From an uncultured virus (IMG/VR IMGVR_UViG_3300032316_001438) (lineage: Duplodnaviria; Heunggongvirae; Uroviricota; Caudoviricetes), in IMG/VR virus record IMGVR_UViG_3300032316_001438: 64,000 nt of DNA; one strand, 5' to 3'. The notes beneath the pieces are model-generated. The model saw only the letters and a program-made list of their open reading frames with translations, made no database searches and had not been told where the DNA came from. Within the stretch, counting starts at the first letter, position 1, and each line of letters begins with the position of its first letter. The position numbers were made by a program, and so were the translations under genes. Below are positions 49,869-57,667 of the stretch, piece by piece.

Positions 49869-50365
49869 GCTATGTTGGTTGGCAAGGGGTTGAGTTTAGA
49901 ATCTATGAAAGCATCGATCTCATCATAAAACTCACCATCCCATTTACGACCCTTGTTCTTGTTCTCGAACTCCTTGGTTAGTTCATTTGCCAAATCCCAG
50001 AGAGCCATCCGGCCCCCGTCCATTCTAAGCCCCGATATCAATTGGCAGGGTTTCTCTTTTGCGTTCTCCAAAGCAATAGCGTTAACAACTTCGAAATGAG
50101 TTTCTCTCCATGACGCAAATTCATCCTCTGTGGCCGGGATAGAGAGTGAGGGTTTGATGGTTGTTCCAGTAGATGCAACCGGTTTTGAAACATCGAAATG
50201 AACGATATTTAAGTCAGTAGAGTCGAACGTGTTTCCATATTGGTCAAGAGGCGTTTCTTCTAGTTCCGCCTCAACTTTTTCTTTCGCAAGTTCAAGGGTG
50301 TCAGCCTCAACTTCGATTAACTTCTTGTACGTATCGGTTTGTGTGGCGTAGAGTTTGAAAATCAT
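49865..50365 (-). CDS. protein with N-terminal DpnD/PcfM-like domain (start revised to MIFKLYA)
   Basis: IEVEADTLELAKEKV; C-terminal W.ETHFEVV domain. Confidence 0.7.
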   Translation of the reverse strand: MIFKLYATQTDTYKKLIEVEADTLELAKEKVEAELEETPLDQYGNTFDSTDLNIVHFDVSKPVASTGTTIKPSLSIPATEDEFASWRETHFEVVNAIALENAKEKPCQLISGLRMDGGRMALWDLANELTKEFENKNKGRKWDGEFYDEIDAFIDSKLNPLPTNIA

Positions 50366-50380
50366 AGTGAGTAGATTAAC

Positions 50381-50441
50381 TAGGGGTGAGGGATTAAATG
50401 AGGGGTTAAATGAGGGATTAAAAAGCTGCGATAGGGGTGAG
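50381..50441. repeat. 12-bp tandem repeat GAGGG(A/G)TTAAA(T/A) x3 flanked by TAGGGGTGAG direct repeats
   Basis: Read directly from the sequence. Confidence 0.8.
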
Positions 50442-50684
50442 TTGACCTTCAAGCTGTTCAGTCTCACCTTCGGAGATGATCTGGCATCGAACAGTGAACA
50501 CGCCATTGTATTTCTCAAACACAACAGACAATGAATTTAACTCATCAGTGTTGTAAACGGTTTGGATGGCGTTATCTAGTTTTTCAAGAAAGCCTTTGTC
50601 CGCCTCCGGCTTTTCTGGCGCATCGATTGTGAAGCGAGGGTATCTGTCAGAGGAGTCGATGAAAACGCAGTTTTGTTTTGACAT
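50418..50684 (-). CDS. hypothetical protein
   Basis: 88 aa ORF; follows motif at 50749. Confidence 0.65.
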   Translation of the reverse strand: MSKQNCVFIDSSDRYPRFTIDAPEKPEADKGFLEKLDNAIQTVYNTDELNSLSVVFEKYNGVFTVRCQIISEGETEQLEGQLTPIAAF

Positions 50685-50784
50685 GGTAGCTGGATTAAGA
50701 ATTGATATTTTCTCTTATCAACACTTAACATCAGCCTTGAGTCAGCAACCGACCGTCCAGGCTACCAAAGAAAAAAGTATGAAA

Positions 50785-51204
50785 TCAGAGTGTATCCAAA
50801 AACGAGGGTCCTGCGACTGGCATATTTACCAGGGTCGCATCTTTTTCATTGCCTCGCTTACTGGCAGGGGTGGAGGTTGCTAGTGATCTTCTGTAAATCT
50901 CCTGCATGTCGTCATCAGTGAGCTCTTCGAGTTTGGTATTAGATCCTTCAAGCTGGTCAACAAAGAGTTCGATTGCTTTTTCCAGTGCTCGTCTTTTTGA
51001 GTAGAAGGAGTCTTTCCTTTTTCTCACCGTCTTTACGATTCGCTCAAGCAAGATGTAATGGTGTAGTGATAGGTTGTAACTTTTCGTATGATACACTTTC
51101 TTAAGATCCTTGCCTTCCAGGTTTTCAGTGATCTTGGCCTTTAGTGACTGCGCGACCTTGCCGGTGTTGATCCGAGGGAGGGAGGCCTTATAGTTATTTC
51201 CCAT
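50785..51204 (-). CDS. basic hypothetical protein next to the origin, possibly DNA-binding
   Basis: 139 aa ORF divergent from rep. Confidence 0.65.
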   Translation of the reverse strand: MGNNYKASLPRINTGKVAQSLKAKITENLEGKDLKKVYHTKSYNLSLHHYILLERIVKTVRKRKDSFYSKRRALEKAIELFVDQLEGSNTKLEELTDDDMQEIYRRSLATSTPASKRGNEKDATLVNMPVAGPSFLDTL

Positions 51205-51701
51205 ATTATGAGGTATTTAATAATGACTGTAAATATAGTAAAAAGTAATAAAAAAAAAATCATTAAAGTCTGTTAAGTGCGCTTTAGAGCCAAAAATGGC
51301 TTTAAAATCAAATAGTAATGTTTCATTACTTTCATTGTTTCGCGCCTAAGTAACAAAAGTAATAAGAGTAATAAAGGCAAGAAAAGCGAGTCAGGCAGTG
51401 AGTCGTCGATATGTTGTAACTGTAGATAGTTACAGGCATGTCGGTATCAGGCCACATTCTGTAACACGTAGTGTTACAGGTAATATTTTGAAAGTAGGGA
51501 GAAGGCTACATGCCGTCCTAATTCATCCCATACGGATGGAATTGGACGCCTCAAAGGCACCAATGGCCCCTTTTCAAAAGGATATTTGAAAAAAAAGACA
51601 TTAGGACATAACGTCTTTATTAACACTATAATACTAATACATAATAGGGTCGGGATTGCACTAATAACATACAGATAATCAATTATTTATGGGAAAACGG
51701 T

Positions 51702-51928
51702 GTGGAGGGTTTTGCGAGGTAAAATGGCCTATACGTGGAGGGTTTTGCGCTGTTTCTGTGGTGTGCTTTGCGGGGCAATCACCAATAAGTGGAGGGTTTT
51801 GCGTGAAGCCGTCTTGGTACAGCCAACAAGGGATAGGAATAGAACTGTGGAGGGTTTTGCGCTATGCCTAAACAAGTCAAATCCGTTCTGATTTCAGGGT
51901 TTTATACTGAACTGTGGAGGGAATTGCG
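51702..51928 (+). repeat. iteron array of the replication origin, GTGGAGGGTTTTGCG x6
   Basis: Copies at 51702, 51735, 51758 (degenerate), 51789, 51847 and 51914 (degenerate), directly upstream of rep, with AT-rich tracts nearby. Confidence 0.88.
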
Positions 51929-52037
51929 GTGAATAAAAAGCCCAATGCAAACATCTCAAAATAGGAAAATTGAAAGAAAACAGCAAAGTTTGTCCCAGAC
52001 GTCCTAAAAACAATACAAACGAAAAGCAAAGTCCACA

Positions 52038-53357
52038 ATGAATGAGGTCAACTTGGGCGAAAAGCACCCAGTCTTATATGACATGGCGCAGCCTAATTTT
52101 TTGGTCAGCCTATTCACCGGTACAGCAAAGAAGGGTACCCAACAAAGGCAGAAAACACCATTAACTGTTTCAGAGCACAAACTGCTAACCTGTGCCATAC
52201 ACGCGCACTATGCCAGCGTGAGTGAGAACACAACGGGATACTTTGACATACCCTACAGCCGAATATTTTCCGAGGCCTCCCTAAGCTCCAGTAACAAGAA
52301 AGTGATGGTGGAAAGGATTGCAGAGAGTCTCCACAGTAAGGTCTTGATCATGGACAAGAACGCCGCCCAGTTATTGTATCAGGATACAAAGCTACAGGGA
52401 GCGACCTTCAACATATTCTACGAGGTAAGATACTACTCTTCCTATTTCAGGGTATCACTACATCCCAAGTACACAGAGGCCCTTGGCATGCTTCGCACAC
52501 TTGGATTTACTAAAGGTGACTTTGCCACGCTAATGACATTCAACCATCAGTGGTCTTTTCCTTTTTACTGGCGAGCTCGCCAATGGCAGCAGCGAAGTAA
52601 GACCATACAAGTTCCTTTGGACGAGCTTCGATCGGTGATGTACCTGGACGGAGCTTACAAAGAATGGAGAGACCTCGACAGGCAGGTACTCAAAGTTTTA
52701 CAGGAGAAAGAATTCTCCTCCACATGGACCTCGTTTTCTTACAAACCGATTAAAGAAAACCGGAAAGTAGTTGCCGTGGAACTGACTTTTGATAAAGGGC
52801 CGGGTGACGAAAGAGATTTGCCTATCGGGATGGGATACAAGTGGGAGGGAACCATGGACGGATACGGGATGATGAAAAACTGTATCCGCAAAATCAGGCA
52901 CTTTGTTAAGTGCGGTGAGACTCACACAATGGGCTTTGCATGGGATGACGAATACGTGCGCTTAAGCATGGAGGGGTTTCGCCGCGAGCTGGTAAGAAAG
53001 CAATCAAAATCAGGTGCCGCGAAGGTTAATAAGCCAGGGGCATATCTATACATCGGTCTAATGAAAGGCTACTGGATATCCTTTGTGAGCGAAGAGAGAG
53101 CTCGTAAACAGACAGAATTATTCCAGCAAGGGCCGGTACATATTCCCGCGCAAGGCCAGAGCGATAGTGACATTGCCATGGACACCGATGTTAAAAATGA
53201 GCCTAAGGCCGTAGAGGATCCTCAGCAGGTCATCGATAGCTGGATGAGTCTGTACAAAGATATTGTGAAGGAGAACGAAAAGTTGTACCCGACTTTTGAA
53301 AAGTTCATGGTTGCCATGGGCCATAAGTTTATTAGTGGTGTGTGGGAGAAAATATAA
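52038..53357 (+). CDS. plasmid replication initiator (Rep_3/RepB-like)
   Basis: LTVSEHKLL, LDELR...L.GAYKEWRDLDRQVL and RKVVAVELTF winged-helix patterns; iterons upstream. Confidence 0.82.
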   Translation: MNEVNLGEKHPVLYDMAQPNFLVSLFTGTAKKGTQQRQKTPLTVSEHKLLTCAIHAHYASVSENTTGYFDIPYSRIFSEASLSSSNKKVMVERIAESLHSKVLIMDKNAAQLLYQDTKLQGATFNIFYEVRYYSSYFRVSLHPKYTEALGMLRTLGFTKGDFATLMTFNHQWSFPFYWRARQWQQRSKTIQVPLDELRSVMYLDGAYKEWRDLDRQVLKVLQEKEFSSTWTSFSYKPIKENRKVVAVELTFDKGPGDERDLPIGMGYKWEGTMDGYGMMKNCIRKIRHFVKCGETHTMGFAWDDEYVRLSMEGFRRELVRKQSKSGAAKVNKPGAYLYIGLMKGYWISFVSEERARKQTELFQQGPVHIPAQGQSDSDIAMDTDVKNEPKAVEDPQQVIDSWMSLYKDIVKENEKLYPTFEKFMVAMGHKFISGVWEKI

Positions 53358-53362
53358 TCTCT

Positions 53363-53394
53363 AAACGGTAACCTATAAACGGTAACCTATAAAC
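53363..53394. repeat. 14-bp tandem repeat AAACGGTAACCTAT x2 plus a partial copy
   Basis: Between the rep stop and the dnaB start. Confidence 0.8.
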
Positions 53395-53404
53395 AGAAAG
53401 CTCA

Positions 53405-54853
53405 ATGACATCATTACAGGTTCGAAGTAAGGGTAATCAGAAAGCTGCCCACAAGCGAGAGCTGGTCGTCATACAAGACATCCCTTCAGGGTTTGGCAAG
53501 CTGCCTCCTCAGGCAATCGATCTGGAACAGGCTGTAGTTGGAGCGCTGCTTCTTGAGCGTGATGCGCTTACAACTGTAATCTCGTTTTTGAAAGCAGAGC
53601 ATTTTTATGATTCCAGACATAGCGCGATATATAGCGCTGTGGTGACTTTGTTTCAAAACACTTCTCCGGTAGACATGCGAACAGTAGTTCATCAGCTTCG
53701 AGTCAACGGAACATTGGAGTTTAGCGGAGGTGCCTACTATGTAGCGGAGTTAACAAGCAAAGTAAGCTCAGCGGCCAATATTGAATACCACGCCCGCATT
53801 ATCGTGGAGATGGCCATGAAGAGAAACCTTATCACACTCTCATCTCAGCTTACCCAAGACGCTTACGAGGATAGCGTTGATGTTTTCGAACTATTGGACA
53901 AAGTAGAGCAACGGGTATTTGAGATTTGTCAAGCCAACACCAGGGAGGAGACAAAAGCCATGGCAACGCTGATGAATACCGCTGTGGGATCGATACTATC
54001 CAAGATGAAAAACAAAAGCGCCTCCTCCGGGGTGCCCTCAGGGATATTGTCTTTGGATAGAGTAACCGATGGGTGGCAGGCTTCGGATCTAATTATCATT
54101 GCAGCCAGACCGGGTATGGGTAAGAGTGGTCTGGCGGCTACTATTATTAGAAATGCAGCGGTTGAATTTAATTTGCCGGTAGCTCTTTTTTCTCTTGAAA
54201 TGTCAAGCCAGCAGGTCGTCAACCGACTAATCAGCATGGAGTCTGAATTAGACGGAGACATAATTAAAAAAGGAAACCTGGCCGATTATCAATGGCAGCA
54301 GTTAGTGTCTAAGACGAGCCGGTTATCAAACGCCCCGATTTTCATTGATGACACGCCCGCTCTATCCATCTTGGAGCTAAGAGCAAAATCTAGGAGGCTG
54401 AAGGCACAGAATGGCGTGCAGCTAATTATCGTTGACTACTTACAGTTGATGAAGGGCGATATGAATGGAAATCGTGAGCAGGAAATCGCCTCCATATCGC
54501 GTGCGTTAAAAACCATCGCTAAAGAACTCAGTGTGCCAGTTATAGCGCTATCTCAATTAAGTAGAGGAGTAGAGACAAGAGGAGGAGACAAGCGTCCGCA
54601 GCTTTCGGATCTACGCGAGTCAGGTAGCATTGAACAGGATGCTGACATGGTAATTTTCTTGTACCGTCCGGATTACTACAAAATAGATGTAGATGAACAA
54701 GGCCTGCCTACGGCAGGGACAGCCGAATTAATTATTGCCAAGCACCGGAACGGAAGTCTGGAAAATGTCAAGACAAAGTTCATCGGAAAATTCACCAAGT
54801 TCGTTGATCTGGAAAAGGACTACAACAAAAGCGACAACTACGATCGCTTTTGA
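53405..54853 (+). CDS. dnaB: replicative DNA helicase
   Basis: AARPGMGKS, FSLEMS, IVDYLQL, LSQLSR, DLRESGSIEQDAD and KHRNG motifs. Confidence 0.97.
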   Translation: MTSLQVRSKGNQKAAHKRELVVIQDIPSGFGKLPPQAIDLEQAVVGALLLERDALTTVISFLKAEHFYDSRHSAIYSAVVTLFQNTSPVDMRTVVHQLRVNGTLEFSGGAYYVAELTSKVSSAANIEYHARIIVEMAMKRNLITLSSQLTQDAYEDSVDVFELLDKVEQRVFEICQANTREETKAMATLMNTAVGSILSKMKNKSASSGVPSGILSLDRVTDGWQASDLIIIAARPGMGKSGLAATIIRNAAVEFNLPVALFSLEMSSQQVVNRLISMESELDGDIIKKGNLADYQWQQLVSKTSRLSNAPIFIDDTPALSILELRAKSRRLKAQNGVQLIIVDYLQLMKGDMNGNREQEIASISRALKTIAKELSVPVIALSQLSRGVETRGGDKRPQLSDLRESGSIEQDADMVIFLYRPDYYKIDVDEQGLPTAGTAELIIAKHRNGSLENVKTKFIGKFTKFVDLEKDYNKSDNYDRF

Positions 54854-54875
54854 CTTTTTGCCTACAACATAAAAA

Positions 54876-55853
54876 ATGGAAAATAAACACCGTATTCATG
54901 TATTGAACATCTTTCTAATGTTCATATCGATGGTTATGGCTTTTATAGTACCCTTTGAATTGTTTTTACTGTCCTACGCGGTATTGGGCCCCTTGCACTA
55001 TTTAACGGAAATTAATTGGTTGAATAATAACAACTTTTATCTAAAGCGGAAAAGGGATGTATGGATACTTATCGTGCTGGCGATTTTGATTTCAGCTCCA
55101 GCCATAGCGAGCCTGGTCAGCTTGTTCTTCCAGCCAGAAAATCAAAGTTTATTTGTATACATATTAAAACTCATAAAAGGTCAGTTTGGCACTATTCTGT
55201 TTGTGATTCTGGTAATTGCGATAGCCTTTGTCTATAGGCCTAGCTTTGTTAGAGTTCTGGTACTCGTATTCACAGCAGGAGTACTAATGTATTTTTTTAG
55301 AGATACAAAAATGTACTATATCCTTTTCACAATTCTTCTTCCAACAATAATTCATGTATACTTATTCACTCTACTATTCGTGGCTTATGGCGCGATTAAG
55401 ACCAGGAGTATGTTAGTTAAAATAGAGGTAATAGCCTTAGCTATAGTTCCACTACTAATTGCTTTGATACCGGTCAGCACAAATACCTACATACTGAGCG
55501 TTGAGACACTGACCATATTAAAGGAGAGTAAATTGGGAGATATAAACAATAGCGTTGGTCAAATACTAGGCGAAGCAAATAAAGATATGAATGAGTTTAT
55601 ACTTTCAGGTACTGGAATTAGAATCCAAATATTTATTGCCTTTGCCTATACTTACCATTATTTGAATTGGTTTTCGAAAGTTAAGCTGATCGGATGGCTT
55701 AACGATACGTCGTTAAAAAATCAAGTTTCATTAGTCATAATATGGACATTCTCGCTAACCCTGTACTATTACGACTATCGGCTCGGACTGACTGCCCTTA
55801 CTTTTTTGAGTATGCTACATGTCATTTTAGAATTCCCACTGAACATAGTCTAG
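54876..55853 (+). CDS. polytopic membrane protein, possibly C-terminally truncated
   Basis: Multiple TM helices; GPLHYLTE, FAYTYHYLNWFSK and HVILEFPLN motifs; frame stays open past TAG to about 55907. Confidence 0.8.
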   Translation: MENKHRIHVLNIFLMFISMVMAFIVPFELFLLSYAVLGPLHYLTEINWLNNNNFYLKRKRDVWILIVLAILISAPAIASLVSLFFQPENQSLFVYILKLIKGQFGTILFVILVIAIAFVYRPSFVRVLVLVFTAGVLMYFFRDTKMYYILFTILLPTIIHVYLFTLLFVAYGAIKTRSMLVKIEVIALAIVPLLIALIPVSTNTYILSVETLTILKESKLGDINNSVGQILGEANKDMNEFILSGTGIRIQIFIAFAYTYHYLNWFSKVKLIGWLNDTSLKNQVSLVIIWTFSLTLYYYDYRLGLTALTFLSMLHVILEFPLNIV

Positions 55854-56426
55854 ATACGAGGAGTGATCGGATTTGTTTCCAATAAGCTTAGGCTACAATC
55901 AAGATAAAATCAACTCCCTATCACAATAGCCAATTTCTCGGTTGCAGGCCAATCAACCAGAATAGACTCAATTGGATTAAGCTATTTTCAAAGGAGAGTT
56001 AATCGAATCTAAAAGCGTAGATATCAGCTAAAAATAGTACTAGCGGCCCTTATAATTTTTAGCGCTTGATTGCTTGATGCAACCTTGGTCAAAGTGAATG
56101 AAATCAGTTGACTAACAGCACTGAACAAAAGAAGAGATTGAACACGATCATCATGTTTTAATCAAAAACCAATGTGTAGAAAATCCGGATCACATTGATA
56201 GCGGAGTTATTATAGAAAAAAAAATCCGCCTACTTATCTAGGCGGATTAGTACCCTGTCGATGATCTAGATCGGCAGGGTGGGCCAGTTTTTTACTTCGT
56301 TAACGTCCAAAAACCATCAAACCCAAGGATACAAGATTAATGAGTTGTTTTTTATTATCCAAAAACGGAGAGTCTACTGGTCATCTGCCATGAAACTCAA
56401 AAATTGGATGATTGAAAAAAAAAGGT

Positions 56427-56745
56427 AATATTTGTCACAGACGTCCAAAAAAAAACAAAAGCAAAGTCCACAATGCATAAGGTCAACTTGGGCAAAAAGC
56501 ACCCGGTCGTAACTGACGTGGAGCAGCCTGATATTATAGTAAGCTTATTCACCGATATAGTAAATAAGCGTACCCAACAAGGGAAGAAAACGCCATTAAC
56601 TCTCTGGCAGCATAAGCCGCTCAACGGCTACATACACGCGCAAGTTGCGAGCGTGAGTGAGATTACAACGGGAAGTTCAGACATCCGATCAGCTGAATAT
56701 TTATCAACCCATCTCAGGGGTTCGGTAACAAAAAGTAAGCGTTGA
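56427..56745 (+). pseudogene. degenerate duplicate of the rep promoter and 5' end
   Basis: MHKVNLGKKHPV..D.EQP...VSLFT...TQQ.KKTPLT aligns with the Rep N-terminus; upstream AAAAGCAAAGTCCACAATG is identical. Confidence 0.85.
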
Positions 56746-56910
56746 GATGTTTACAGATAACCTGATCAAAAGGGAAAGGTGTCAGTTAAGTCGCATACTG
56801 GCCAGAACTCGGCCAAGGCACTTTCCATGATTTGTCGCCGCCCTACATAGTCATTCATTATGGAGGCTATTAATAATTAGTTTTCAACTAAACACTACAC
56901 AAATCAAATT

Positions 56911-57654
56911 ATGTATCTAAAACAAAAATCGTATCTAAGATTAAAGAGGATACTACTGATGTCTACCTTTTTGGTGATGGCGTTGGTGAGCTCTGTGAAT
57001 GCCCAATTTTTAATTGGTGCGCAGACGGGCGTAAACCTAAATCAGTTTACCATGCCCGGTACAACGATAGGAATTAATGCGGGCGCTTTCGGATCATACA
57101 AGTTCCTGCCTTTCCTCAGTGCACGCATTGAAATCATGTACTCTCAGGAAGGTGGCGGAAGGCAGAACTATAGTTTCCCATTGGCCGGTGGTTCTATGCT
57201 TCCCGATCTCAGGACGAGTATTCTCGCACTTAACTACATTAATCCATACGTGTACATACACAACCTGCATGTACCTCTGATGGTGGAGTTAACGCTGCCT
57301 GAATTTGACCAGGCATCCGTCGCGCCTAAGCTACTACTTGGCGGAAGCTATAGCTATATGATCAGCGCCAACGAGATGCACACCAAGCAGTACACATTTA
57401 CTGACGGCACATTTGCCAACGTCCCTTATTTGACTGAGGTAGTAACGGCCGACTATGTGGCCAGCCAAATAAGTATTTTGGCGGGCTTGGGTCTGGATTT
57501 TAAAGGAGAAAAAAGAAATTTCTCTTTTGACATTCGCTACCGGCAAGGGCTTACCCAGTTAAATAACATCAAAGAGTCTTTCTCTTTCAAAGATGGAAGG
57601 CTGTTCTCCTCAACTTTAAGTTTTAATTTCTCCATGTCTATTTTCAAATTTTAA
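56911..57654 (+). CDS. outer-membrane beta-barrel (porin family) protein
   Basis: Signal peptide, amphipathic strands, C-terminal Phe. Confidence 0.8.
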   Translation: MYLKQKSYLRLKRILLMSTFLVMALVSSVNAQFLIGAQTGVNLNQFTMPGTTIGINAGAFGSYKFLPFLSARIEIMYSQEGGGRQNYSFPLAGGSMLPDLRTSILALNYINPYVYIHNLHVPLMVELTLPEFDQASVAPKLLLGGSYSYMISANEMHTKQYTFTDGTFANVPYLTEVVTADYVASQISILAGLGLDFKGEKRNFSFDIRYRQGLTQLNNIKESFSFKDGRLFSSTLSFNFSMSIFKF

Positions 57655-57667
57655 ACTCAAACAAACT

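Noticed and set aside
50366..50524. N-terminal extension with FNPS repeats on ORF 49865-50524
   Set aside because: Overlaps the upstream gene and derives from a DNA tandem repeat; the ATG at 50365 is more plausible
1692..50755. CGGTCGG sites as integron attC sites or CRISPR repeats
   Set aside because: No inverted-repeat structure, no regular spacer length, and no integrase or cas gene in the window; the conserved core is only about 7-12 bp
51689..51891. Short ORFs with repeated WRVLR or GGFC peptides
   Set aside because: Translation artefacts of the iteron array
55851..55853. Genome-wide TAG recoding
   Set aside because: Only one suspicious TAG was seen; many other genes end normally at TAG and long genes are uninterrupted
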